In this document: positions 1 through 9,252 of the stretch, in pieces | How the letters are laid out: every line of letters begins with the position of its first letter | Numbering within the stretch: the first letter of the stretch is position 1 | DNA from: Longimicrobiales bacterium | GTDB taxonomy: Bacteria > Gemmatimonadota > Gemmatimonadetes > Longimicrobiales > Gaopeijiaceae | Direction: 5' to 3' | NCBI GenBank assembly: GCA_965226375.1 | Contig: CBDDCX010000008.1 | Coordinates: forward strand, 1,088,001 to 1,152,000 | DNA: 64,000 bases | Translations under genes and position numbers: made by a program | The notes under the pieces: generated by a model | Seen by the model: only the letters and a program-made list of their open reading frames with translations | Told to the model about the DNA's origin: nothing | Database searches by the model: none

Positions 1-179
1 CAGGCCAGGTCCAGGAAGTCGTCGTCGGGTGTGTCGATGCGTTCCACCGTCACGCCAAGCTGTGGCTTGGGACGCAACAGCTTTCCAGCCAGGGTCTGCG
101 CATGGGCGCCCGGAAGCCACCACGGTTGGAGAAATGGAGACTGAGCCCATGTGTCCTGAGCGAGGCGATCAGTGCTCAA
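1..179 (-). CDS. YheT-family alpha/beta hydrolase, N-terminal part (runs off the window edge)
   Basis: Not in the ORF track. Hand translation from TTG at 179 gives LSTDRLAQDTWAQSPFLQPWWLPGAHAQTLAGKLLRPKPQLGVTVERIDTPDDDFLDLA, matching the YheT N-terminal pattern (PWWL..H.QT ... ER..TPD.DFLDL). It overlaps the stop of the upstream tag gene. Confidence 0.75.
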   Translation of the reverse strand, partial: MSTDRLAQDTWAQSPFLQPWWLPGAHAQTLAGKLLRPKPQLGVTVERIDTPDDDFLDLA

Positions 180-749
180 CGGATCCCTCGTCTGCGGATC
201 GCGTCCATGGTGGAGCGAGATCGAGAATGCGGGCGTAGACGGGACAGTTGGGGTCGTGCGCACCCGGCAGATAGCCGATGCTCATCAGAAATTCTCCGGT
301 GATCTCGCCGCCCGTGAATCGGAACGTCTGCTTGAAGAGCTTAACCCAATCGAGCTTTGGCCTCGGTGGTGGGTTTCCAGCCATCCGGAAAAGGAACCGT
401 GCGAGTCACGAATTTCGAGGATGCATGAGGCGTTGTGGATGGCGGCATCCACCTTGAGGCGATTGCGTATGACTCCGGGGTCGGCCAACAACCGGGCTCG
501 ATCGGCATCGCCATAGCTGGCCACCGTAGCTACGTCGAAGTTGTCGTAGGCCTGCTCGAAGGTGTCCCACTTCTTGAGGATCGTCAGCCAGGAAAGCCCA
601 GCCTGGTTGATCTCCAGCACGAGTCGGCCAAAGAGTCGGTCGCCGCTCGTGACAGGGAACCCGTACTCCTTGTCATGATACGGGCCGTGGAAAGGATGGC
701 CCGCGGCGGCCCCGCAGTAACCCTGCAGGGCGGGTGTGGAATCGATCAT
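169..749 (-). pseudogene. tag: DNA-3-methyladenine glycosylase I, frameshifted near 365 (pseudogene or sequencing error)
   Basis: ATG at 749 gives MIDSTP..YHDKEYGFPV..LFGRLVLEINQAGLSWLTILKK..IRNRLKVDAAIHNA. The C-terminus (PKLDWVKLFKQTFRFTGGEITGEFLMSIGYL..H..C) lies in another frame (ORF 169..384). One extra C in cac-cac-c(c)g-agg restores HHPRPK. Confidence 0.85.
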
Positions 750-808
750 TTCGTGAATGTAACGAGGGCGCTCCAGAAGTGGGACGCCAAAGTACATCGA
801 AGGCAGTC

Positions 809-834
809 GCAACCCAATTGCCATTTGAGGCGTC
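809..834 (+). promoter_or_regulatory. Putative ECF-sigma promoter
   Basis: GCAACC-N16-CGTC (809-814 and 831-834) fits the general ECF AAC...CGT consensus, upstream of the secreted repeat protein. Confidence 0.4.
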
Positions 835-1064
835 ACACTAATAAGGGACGGGACAGCCTGGGGCCCCACTTCGGCCGTGCTCGTCAAGGGGATCCTGCGG
901 AGAGAAGAGGGAGGTAGGGACGAATGTCGATGTCCAGCAATGACCCGGGCTCTCGGGGCTCGCGGAGAGAAGGCAAGGATCGGTCCGACTCGGGACCCGA
1001 GCGCAGAGGCATGCACCCGGAGGACGAGAAGCTCATCAGCAAGCCGCTGTCTGGCCAGGACGAG

Positions 1065-2549
1065 ATGATGCGCGTGGCCATCGCCGGCTTCCTCGGCCTC
1101 TTTGTGGTGAGCATGGCTCTGGCACAATCCCGGCAAAGCCCGGAACCGATTCCGGAGCCTCAGTTCACGCCCATGGCACCCGCGCTTCCTCCGGCACCGC
1201 CTCCGGAGATCGTCGAGTTGCTGCCCCCCCCACCCGTGGCTCCCATACGTGCCTCGGGTGACAACCGGCTCTATGGGCGGGTCGTCACGGCCAGGGGGCG
1301 CGAGTACGAAGGGTATATCCGCTGGGACAGAAATGAAGGCAGTTGGGCCGACCTGCTCGACGCCAATAAAAGGGTCCCGTCTCGTAACGTGGCGCGCCGA
1401 TTCCGAGACGAGGAGCGTCGCTTCCGCGATGAAGAGAGGCACGTACGGGACCAGGCACGCAGGGTGCGTGATGAGGAGCGCCGGGACCGCGATGAGGAAC
1501 GTCGCGATCGAAACATGCGCCGCGCCCGGACCGAACGGGATCGCAGCGACCGACATATCGAGGTACGTGGCGTGCGCGTGTCCTGGAGAGACAACGATCT
1601 GTCCAGCAGCGTCTCATCGGGCATCCGCTTCGGCCACATCCGTCGCATCGAGGTGCTGAACAGCCGCTCCGCTCTAATCGCCCTCAGGTCGGGTGAGGAG
1701 GTGCAACTCGACGGGAATGCCACCGATCTCGGATCGGGACTTCGGCGTTTGGTTGTGGCGGACCCGGATCATGGGGACGTGGAGCTTCGCTGGCGGGACA
1801 TCGATTCGGTCGAGTTCATGGATTCGCCGACGGGAGATTTCGAGCAGGCCCGAGAAGAGAGCCTATATGGCACGATGGTCACCCGTTCCGGGATGGAATT
1901 CAGCGGGTACGTGTCGTGGGACGTCGACGAGATTTTCCACTCCGACATTCTTGATGGTGAAGAGGGGGGAATCGATCGTGAGATCCGATTCGGCGATGTG
2001 GCGAGAATCGCTCGCAACAGCTCGGGGTCGGCCCGCGTGACCCTACAGGACGGTGAGGAGCTCGTCCTCCGCGGGACCAACGACGTTGATTCCAGCAACA
2101 ATGGTATCTCCATCTCTGATCCCGCTCTCGGCCAGGTGAAGGTGGATTGGAACGAGTTCGAGGAGATTCGCTTCCATGAGCCCGAGAGTCATATGGGCTG
2201 GGATGCATTCGACGGAGGCCATCGCCTCTACGGAACGGTGACCACGCTCGCTGGAGACGAACTCACGGGATACGTGCTCTGGGACAACGATGAGGCGTAC
2301 AGCTGGGAGATGCTCAACGGTGAAAACGACGACGTCAAATTCCACGTCGAGTTCGGTCAGATCGAATCCGTGAAGCACCGTTCGCACAGGGGCGCCACCG
2401 TAACGTTGTTGGACGGCCGGAGCTTACAACTGTCCAACTCGCACGACGTTAGTGACGGCAATCGTGGAATCGTGGTTACCACCGAGGACGGTGACGCGAC
2501 GCTGGTGAGTTGGGAGAACTTTGAAGAGGTGCGCTTCCATACGCGTTAG
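1065..2549 (+). CDS. Secreted hypothetical protein with three tandem domains and an Arg/Glu-rich heptad insert
   Basis: ATG 1065 starts a signal peptide (MMRVAIAGFLGLFVVSMALA-Q) and a Pro-rich linker. Three repeats follow, each beginning LYG.(V/M).T..G.E..GY..WD..E. The ORF-track start at 924 is probably too far upstream. Confidence 0.8.
   Translation: MMRVAIAGFLGLFVVSMALAQSRQSPEPIPEPQFTPMAPALPPAPPPEIVELLPPPPVAPIRASGDNRLYGRVVTARGREYEGYIRWDRNEGSWADLLDANKRVPSRNVARRFRDEERRFRDEERHVRDQARRVRDEERRDRDEERRDRNMRRARTERDRSDRHIEVRGVRVSWRDNDLSSSVSSGIRFGHIRRIEVLNSRSALIALRSGEEVQLDGNATDLGSGLRRLVVADPDHGDVELRWRDIDSVEFMDSPTGDFEQAREESLYGTMVTRSGMEFSGYVSWDVDEIFHSDILDGEEGGIDREIRFGDVARIARNSSGSARVTLQDGEELVLRGTNDVDSSNNGISISDPALGQVKVDWNEFEEIRFHEPESHMGWDAFDGGHRLYGTVTTLAGDELTGYVLWDNDEAYSWEMLNGENDDVKFHVEFGQIESVKHRSHRGATVTLLDGRSLQLSNSHDVSDGNRGIVVTTEDGDATLVSWENFEEVRFHTR
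1398..1523 (+). repeat. 21-nt (7-aa) degenerate tandem repeat, RxRDEER-like, 5-6 units
   Basis: Units at 1398, 1419, 1440, 1461, 1482 and 1503 read RFRDEER / RFRDEER / HVRDQAR / RVRDEER / RDRDEER / RDRNMRR. Confidence 0.85.
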
Positions 2550-2604
2550 CCGCCGGACATGTATAGGCGCAATCACTGAGCCTCTCTGAATCGCCGAGGG
2601 GTAG

Positions 2605-2645
2605 CAGGGGAGCTTCCCGAGGGGGGGGCTCCCCTGTCGTTTTGG
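2605..2645 (+). terminator. Intrinsic terminator
   Basis: Stem caggggagcttcc...gggggctcccctg followed by tcgttttgg, about 55 nt after the stop at 2549. Confidence 0.6.
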
Positions 2646-2734
2646 TACGGACGTTATCGTGAATCGCCCTTTCAGGGATGCTGTATCCCGGCGAAGTTGA
2701 CGGCTCACGTAACACTCTTCGGAACCGTCTCGTC

Positions 2735-4642
2735 ATGAAACCCATCGCGCGTTCTTGTCCTCTCTTGATTGGATCGTTGGCCGTGGTCCTGTCCGGGTGC
2801 TCCGACGTCCGCTCACCGATTCTCACGGAAGAGGGAATCTCCTGGGAGTTGGCCGAGTTCCGTAAGGCGACCCTTACCGACATTCGTTACGAGTACGTGC
2901 TCAAGGTGCCCAAAGAGCGCCTTGCGGCTCTGGAGGGGTCGGTAGCCGTCGATTTCGCGTGGGCCGACCCCGAACGCGCCGACGTCATTCTGGATTTCAA
3001 AGACCCCGACGAGCGGGTGAGCGCCGTCAGGGCAAACGGGGTCTCGGTGGAGTGGGAGACCCTCAACGATCATGTGGTCGTCCATGCCGAGGCTCTGAAC
3101 GCCGAGGCGCGGAACCGCATCGAAATCGAGTTCGCCGCCGGGGACGAAGCTCTCAACCGCAACGACGACTTTCTGTACACGCTCTTCGTTCCCGATCAAG
3201 CGCATTTTTCCTTGCCGCTTTTCGATCAGCCGAACCTTAAGGCTCGATTCACCCTCACGCTCGAGGTGCCGGAGGGCTGGGTGGCGGTGGCCAACGGGGA
3301 GGAGACTGGGGTCAGACGGTTCCCCGGCGGAGGCCGGCGGCACTACCTACGTCTTCTCCGAGACCGAACCCATCCCGACCTATCTCTTCGCTTTTGCCGT
3401 CGGCGATTTCCAGATCGAGACCGGCGAGCGTGGGGGGCGCATCATGAGGATGTTCCACAGAGAGACGGACGTCGAGGCGGTGGCAAGAAATCGAGAGGCC
3501 ATCTTCGACCTGCACGGAACAGCCCTGGACTGGCTGGAGGAATATACCGGTATCCCATACCCATTCGGGAAGTTCGACTTCGTGCTAATCCCGCCGTTCC
3601 AGTACGGCGGGATGGAGCACCCGGGCTCGATTTTCTACCGCCAGTCCAGCCACATGCTGGACGAGTCGGCCACCCAGGCCCAGTATCTGGGCCGGGCCAG
3701 CGTCATCGCCCATGAGACGGCTCACATGTGGTTTGGTGATCTGGTCACCATGAACTGGTTCGACGACGTCTGGAGGACCCGCTGGTGAGAGGAATAGCGT
3801 GGGTAACGTTGTGGGATGCCGTTCTCGAAGGAGAGCTGGCCCCCACGGCCTGGATGGACCTACTGCTCAGAGGCCTGGAGACGGAGTCCGTCGAACAGAA
3901 CGTCCAGCGCATCCTGGGATACCTGGGCACGGCGTTCTGGCGGCTCACGCGCGAGGCTGAGCGACAGGAGCTGGCTCCGAGTCTCGAGAGCACGTTGTGG
4001 TCGGGCATCGAAACTTCAGAGTCTCCCACGTTGGCCGCGACCTACTTCAGAGCCTGGAGGGGAATCGTGACGTCTCCGGAAGGAGTCGAGCGTCTGGAGC
4101 GCATCTGGGACGAGGCCATGGAGGTGCCGGGCGTCTCGTTGTCGGAGCGGGACTTCACCGCCCTCGCCGAGGCGCTCGCCGTGCGAGACGTACCCGACGT
4201 GGAAGGAATCCTGGCCCGTCAGGCCGAGCGCATCGAGAACCCTGACCGAAAGGCACGGTTCGAATTCATTCGCCCGGCGCTCTCCAGCGATCCGGCAGTG
4301 CGCGAGCGCTTCTTCGCCGAGCTCAGCGACCCCGCCAATCGAGAGCGCGAGCCGTGGGTGCGGTCGGGGCTAGGTGCCTTGCATCACCCTCTCCGCTCGG
4401 CTCACTCACGCCAGTTCATCTTGCCGAGCTTGGCGCTCGTTCAAGAGATCCAGCGCACGGGAGATATCTTCTTTCCGAAGGGGTGGCTCGACTCCACCCT
4501 GGGCGGTCACAACTCGGTGGAAGCGGCTCGTATCGTCCGTGCCTTCCCGGAAGGGCTTAGGCCCGACTACCCGGCACGGTTGCGAGCAAAGATCCTCCAG
4601 TCGGCGGACATGCTCTTTCGTGCGGCGCAGATTGGGGGCTAA
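2735..4642 (+). pseudogene. M1-family aminopeptidase (PepN-like lipoprotein) with a frameshift near 3310 and an apparent internal deletion near 3772
   Basis: Lipobox LSGC, FDQPNLKARF, then after a +1 shift ETEPIPTYLFAF, YGGMEHPG and HETAHMWFGDLVTMNWFDDVW. The sequence then jumps directly into a C-terminal helical region (LEDPLVRGIAWVTLWD...TGDIFFP) in a third frame. Confidence 0.85.
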
Positions 4643-5193
4643 AGCTTGGGTAGCGTAACCCCGACTTGGTCCTGGTACTTTCCGTGCCGGTCGGCGTAGG
4701 CCACGCTTGGCTCCTCATCACCCTCGAAGAAGAGGAGTTGGGCGATCCCCTCACCTCCGTAGATTTTTGCGGGAAGCGGTGTGGTGTTCGAGATCTCGAG
4801 CGTGAGATACCCACACCAGGTGGGTTCCAGGGGGGTCACGTTCACGATGATGCCACAACGCGCGTATGTGCTCTTGCCGACGCACACGACCAGCACGTCG
4901 CGCGGAATCCGGAAGTACTCCTCGGTCCGGGCGAGGGCGAACGAGTTCGGCGGAATGATGCATTCGGCTTCGTTCACGTCCACGAAGGAGCGGTCATCGA
5001 AGTTCTTCGGATCGACGATGACGCTGTGGACGTTGGTAAAGACCTTGAATTCGGTGGCGACTCGGATGTCGTAACCGTAGGAGGACAGGCCATACGAGAT
5101 GTTGCCGTTCTTGACCTGGGCGGCCTCAAAGGGCTCGATCATTCCGTGCTCTTCGGCCATCCTACGGATCCAGTTGTCGCTCTTGATCGGCAT
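4639..5193 (-). CDS. dcd: dCTP deaminase
   Basis: [52 protein letters not shown]; start taken at ATG 5193. Confidence 0.95.
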   Translation of the reverse strand: MPIKSDNWIRRMAEEHGMIEPFEAAQVKNGNISYGLSSYGYDIRVATEFKVFTNVHSVIVDPKNFDDRSFVDVNEAECIIPPNSFALARTEEYFRIPRDVLVVCVGKSTYARCGIIVNVTPLEPTWCGYLTLEISNTTPLPAKIYGGEGIAQLLFFEGDEEPSVAYADRHGKYQDQVGVTLPKL

Positions 5194-5355
5194 GTCGGCG
5201 TGACTCGGAGTGTTATGGGTGAGGTTCAGCGCTGTTGCGAGAACGAAGGCTCGGAAGGGAGAAAGGTACCCGTGCCCGCAAGGGGACGGACGCTCAAAAT
5301 ACGACTGCTTGGGACGGTACTGCAAACCGGCCTCTCAGAGGTCCCGAAACGCGGG

Positions 5356-5385
5356 TTGACACTTCTTCGAGGCTTGGAATACCTT
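5356..5385 (+). promoter_or_regulatory. Putative sigma70 promoter of the nuo operon
   Basis: TTGACA (5356-5361), 18-nt spacer, TACCTT (5380-5385), 50 nt before nuoA. Confidence 0.55.
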
Positions 5386-5434
5386 TCGGCGTCCTTCAAG
5401 TGAACGATTTCACAAGCCACCTCATAAGGCTGCC

Positions 5435-5791
5435 ATGTCGGGATCATACATCCCGCTTTTGATCCTCTTCGGCGTGTCGGTCATCAACGCGCTTGGAATG
5501 GGTATCGCCTCCCATGTTCTCAACCCGAGGCGACCCACTCCCCACAAGGAGATGCCCTACGAGTCGGGCATGATTCCGCTGGGTGATGCGCGCGCCCGAT
5601 TCTCAGTAAAATTCTACCTGGTGGCCATCAGCTTCATCGTCTTCGATCTGGAGACCATCTTTCTCATCCCCTGGGCAGTGGAGATGCGGGAACTCGGCTG
5701 GGGGGCGTTCGTAGCGGTCAGCATGTTCGTGGCGGTACTGGCCATGGGACTCGTTTACGAGTGGAAAAAAGGAGGGCTCGAATGGGATTGA
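5435..5791 (+). CDS. nuoA: NADH-quinone oxidoreductase subunit A
   Basis: [29 protein letters not shown]. Confidence 0.97.
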   Translation: MSGSYIPLLILFGVSVINALGMGIASHVLNPRRPTPHKEMPYESGMIPLGDARARFSVKFYLVAISFIVFDLETIFLIPWAVEMRELGWGAFVAVSMFVAVLAMGLVYEWKKGGLEWD

Positions 5792-6498
5792 ACGAGGGTG
5801 GCACAGCCGATCAGAACGTAGAAGACGCCCAGGCCTTGGGGCACTCGGGTGGTGACAAACCAGGCCTCATGGGTGCGGGCGGCCCTACGTTTCTGACCAC
5901 CAAAGTCGATTTTGTCGTGAACTGGGCGCGCCGGAACTCTCTATGGCCCATGCCGTTTGGCACGGCCTGTTGTGCCATCGAGATGATGGCTTCCGCCGCG
6001 TCCAACTACGATCTGGCACGCTTCGGCATGGAGCGAATGTCGTTCAGTCCCCGCCAGGCCGACGTCTTGATCTGCGCGGGCCGGGTGCCCTACAAGCTGG
6101 CACCGGTGCTTCGCCGCATCTACGACCAGATGATGCAACCCAAGTGGGTCGTCTCCATGGGTGCCTGCGCCAGTTCGGGTGGAGTATTCGACACCTACTC
6201 CATGGTCCAAGGAATCGACACGATCATTCCGGTAGACGTCTATGTGCCCGGATGTCCTCCGCGTCCCGAGGGGCTCATATACGGCCTCATGATGATCCAG
6301 GAGAAGATCCGGGGCGAAAGCTTGGCCCGCCATCATGAGCTCAGGGCGGAGGATCCTGCCCTGGTCGGCCTTCCAAAGGCGAGCGACGAAGAAGTGGCAG
6401 CGCTCTCCGGTGTCTTCGGTAACTCGACCCAGCAGGAACGCCTCGCAGGCTTGGCCCAGACCAAACGTCCGGCCCGCCCAGAGGATCTCCTACCGTAG
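5782..6498 (+). CDS. nuoB: NADH-quinone oxidoreductase subunit B
   Basis: [35 protein letters not shown]. Confidence 0.97.
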   Translation: MGLNEGGTADQNVEDAQALGHSGGDKPGLMGAGGPTFLTTKVDFVVNWARRNSLWPMPFGTACCAIEMMASAASNYDLARFGMERMSFSPRQADVLICAGRVPYKLAPVLRRIYDQMMQPKWVVSMGACASSGGVFDTYSMVQGIDTIIPVDVYVPGCPPRPEGLIYGLMMIQEKIRGESLARHHELRAEDPALVGLPKASDEEVAALSGVFGNSTQQERLAGLAQTKRPARPEDLLP

Positions 6499-6508
6499 GC
6501 GGCCCGAC

Positions 6509-7210
6509 ATGGTAGACGACGACGGCTCCGCGTTCGACGCGGTGGAGGCGGGACCGGAAGCCTCTGACGTGCCGGCCGAACCTATGAGAGGAACGGCGGA
6601 CCAGGCGCTCGAGCACCCTTCCGTGACCGCCTTGAGCGATCGCTTCGGAGAAGCCGTGCTCCACCACGAGGTGCAGTGCGGAGACCAGCACGTCGTGTTT
6701 ATCGAGCCCTCGCGTAACACCGAATTGCTCGGATGGCTGCAGGCAGATCCGGACCAGGCCTACGATCTCCTCGTGGACGTTACGGCTGTCGACTACGGTG
6801 AGGGCCGTCCGATCCAGGTAGTGTACCAGCTGTGGTCGGTGATCCATCGGCGCGCTCTTCGGATCAAGTGCGAGCTCGCTCTAGACGCGCTTAGCGTGGA
6901 GAGTGTCGCACCCATCTGGAAGACGGCCGATTGGTTGGAGCGTGAGGTTTATGACCTGTTCGGCGTCGAGTTCACCGGACACCCTGATCTGCGCCGAATC
7001 TTGATGCCGCAGAACTATGCTGAGGGCCACCCGTTGAGAAAGGACTTTCCACTCAGGGGGCGCTTCTCCCGAGCCGAGCAGACCAAGCGTGCTCTTTCTC
7101 AGGATTATCACGACTACTACACGCCGGAAATGCTCGAAATGGGAGGCATACCGGCTCTTCTGCCGTCGGAGCCGGACCCGTCAGCCCCGGACGTAGAGGA
7201 CGCTTCGTGA
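6509..7210 (+). CDS. nuoC: NADH-quinone oxidoreductase subunit C
   Basis: DVTAVDY, WLEREVYDLFGV.F.GHPDLRRIL, GHPLRKDFPL. Confidence 0.95.
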   Translation: MVDDDGSAFDAVEAGPEASDVPAEPMRGTADQALEHPSVTALSDRFGEAVLHHEVQCGDQHVVFIEPSRNTELLGWLQADPDQAYDLLVDVTAVDYGEGRPIQVVYQLWSVIHRRALRIKCELALDALSVESVAPIWKTADWLEREVYDLFGVEFTGHPDLRRILMPQNYAEGHPLRKDFPLRGRFSRAEQTKRALSQDYHDYYTPEMLEMGGIPALLPSEPDPSAPDVEDAS

Positions 7211-8406
7211 CCTCGATTCCTTCGGTGGAACCCACGCTCGGTTCCGAGCACATGCTGATCAACATCGGGCCTCAGCACCCCGCCACGCATGGAGTACTTC
7301 GTCTGATTTGTGAGCTCGACGGTGAAACCGTGCTTCGGGTCATGCCCGACATCGGCTATCTGCACACAGCCTTCGAGAAGCTCGGGGAGTACCGGACGTG
7401 GAATCAGATCGTTCCGTTGACGGATCGCATGGACTACCTGGCGCCACTGATGTACAACTGCGTCTACGTGATGGCCGTCGAGAAGCTCATGGGCCTCGAG
7501 GTCACGGAGCGATGCAAGGTCGTTCGCGTCATCTGTATGGAGATGGACCGGATCTTCAGCCACCTGTTGTGGCTCGGGACCACCGCCATCGACGTCGGTG
7601 CGTTCACGCCGTTCCTCTACGCCTTCCAGGAACGAGAGCGCATCTACAAGCTCCACGAGTCGTTTACGGGCGCGCGCATCACCACGTCAGCCACACGGAT
7701 CGGTGGCATGATGGCCGATCTCCCCGACGGTTGGACTGAATCTCTTCAGGAGTTTCTGGCAACGTTTCCGGACACCTTAGATGAGATCGACTCACTGCTG
7801 ACCACGAACGGTATCCATCTCGGACGCACGCTCGATGTGGGGGTCATCTCGGCGGAAGACGCCATCAACCACGGCTTCACCGGCCCGAACTTGCGAGCCT
7901 CGGGCCCTGCCTACGATCTCCGGAAAGACCAGCCGTACTACGACTACGAGACCTATGATTTCGAGGTGCCGGTAGGCGAAAACGGTGACTGTTACGATCG
8001 CTATCTGGTTCGCATGGAAGAGATGCGCCAAAGCATCAAGATTCTCCACCAGGCGCTCGATCGACTGCCCGACGGTCCCATCAACGTGGCGGATCCCCGG
8101 GTTTCGTTGCCCAGCAAGACCGACTGCATGAACGACATGGAGTCGATGATCCACCACTTCAAGCTGATCACCGAAGGCATCGCCGTGCCGGCGGGCGACT
8201 GCTACTTCGCGATAGAGGGCTCCAAGGGTGAGCTGGGAATGTACGTGGTGAGCGACGGTGGAGAGAAGCCGGTGCGGTGGAGAATTCGGCCGCCGTCTTT
8301 CGTGAATCTATCGGTGATCTCCAAGCTGGCCGAAGGCCACTTGGTCTCCGACCTGATCATGATCAACGCCAGCCTGGACATCGTTCTGGGCGAGATCGAC
8401 CGATGA
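7207..8406 (+). CDS. nuoD: NADH-quinone oxidoreductase subunit D
   Basis: NIGPQHPATHGVLRL, DRMDY, C-terminal DIVLGEIDR. Confidence 0.97.
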   Translation: MTSIPSVEPTLGSEHMLINIGPQHPATHGVLRLICELDGETVLRVMPDIGYLHTAFEKLGEYRTWNQIVPLTDRMDYLAPLMYNCVYVMAVEKLMGLEVTERCKVVRVICMEMDRIFSHLLWLGTTAIDVGAFTPFLYAFQERERIYKLHESFTGARITTSATRIGGMMADLPDGWTESLQEFLATFPDTLDEIDSLLTTNGIHLGRTLDVGVISAEDAINHGFTGPNLRASGPAYDLRKDQPYYDYETYDFEVPVGENGDCYDRYLVRMEEMRQSIKILHQALDRLPDGPINVADPRVSLPSKTDCMNDMESMIHHFKLITEGIAVPAGDCYFAIEGSKGELGMYVVSDGGEKPVRWRIRPPSFVNLSVISKLAEGHLVSDLIMINASLDIVLGEIDR

Positions 8407-9092
8407 GCGATATCCCGTTCAAGAACCCCGGGTGGGCAGGCAACACCGGAGAATATAATCTCACCGAAGAGCAGGTCCGTGGACTGGACTTTGTGGGCGT
8501 ACGCCCGCTGGAGGGGGGACACCCGGCCGGCGTAGCGAGCTATCCCTACATGCTGGAGGATAAGGCGCCCGACGCACCTCTCTTCGAGGGTCCGTATCAG
8601 GAGCGCTTCGAAAAGATCCTGACGCGCTATCCGGACCGGCAGGCGGCGCTGCTTCCTGCTCTGAATCTCGCGCAAGAGATACGCGGTCACGTCTCTCCGG
8701 AGACGATGGACAGAGTGGCTGAGCTACTCGGCTTGTCGGCGGCGTTCGTCCGTGGTGTCGCGACGTTCTACACCATGTACAACAAGCGACCCGTGGGCCG
8801 GCATCTCATCCAGGTGTGCACCAACATCAGCTGCAATCTGTGTGGTGGAGAAGATGTGCTGGAGGCGTTCCTCAAGTACACCGATACCGAGCTGGGTGAG
8901 ACCTCTCCGGATGGGGCCTTCACGACCATCGAGGCGGAGTGTCTGGCAGGTTGTGGCTTTCCGACCTGCGTGCAGATCAACTCCAGGTACTTCGAGAATG
9001 TAACGCCCGGCGAGGTACCCAAGATTCTGGAAGTGCTGAAGAGCGAGAACGGTAGCGCGCCGCCCTCCGGGTCCGACGGAGCAGGGGACTAG
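8403..9092 (+). CDS. nuoE: NADH-quinone oxidoreductase subunit E
   Basis: VATFYTMY; [2Fe-2S] ligands CTNISC...CLAGC. Confidence 0.95.
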   Translation: MSDIPFKNPGWAGNTGEYNLTEEQVRGLDFVGVRPLEGGHPAGVASYPYMLEDKAPDAPLFEGPYQERFEKILTRYPDRQAALLPALNLAQEIRGHVSPETMDRVAELLGLSAAFVRGVATFYTMYNKRPVGRHLIQVCTNISCNLCGGEDVLEAFLKYTDTELGETSPDGAFTTIEAECLAGCGFPTCVQINSRYFENVTPGEVPKILEVLKSENGSAPPSGSDGAGD

Positions 9093-9251
9093 TGTCCCAT
9101 CCCAGAAAGTCGCTGGCATTCGGGTACCGATGCATCCACCCTGGCTGCGTTGCTCCTCCTCGAAATAGCGTTGCTATTCCTCGTCGTCGCGCCTTGCCAG
9201 GACGGCGCCTCGGCACCCTCGGTGCACACCGACTTTCTGGGATGGGACACT
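9091..9251. mobile_element. MITE-like non-autonomous element with perfect 22-bp terminal inverted repeats
   Basis: agtgtcccatcccagaaagtcg (9091-9112) is the exact reverse complement of cgactttctgggatgggacact (9230-9251). The interior is an imperfect nested palindrome centred on aatagc-gtt-gctatt. Confidence 0.85.
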
Positions 9252-9252
9252 G

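Noticed and set aside
1398..1523. 21-nt repeats as a CRISPR-like array
   Set aside because: They are in-frame, vary at synonymous positions and have no spacers; no cas genes are present.
285..1556. 423-aa minus-strand ORF
   Set aside because: Only the part from ATG 749 is tag. The rest is an antisense shadow of the secreted protein and intergenic DNA.
9091..9251. nuoE-nuoF insert as a tRNA, riboswitch or simple terminator
   Set aside because: No cloverleaf, recognisable aptamer or U-tract. Perfect terminal IRs and clean excision to TGATG point to an insertion.
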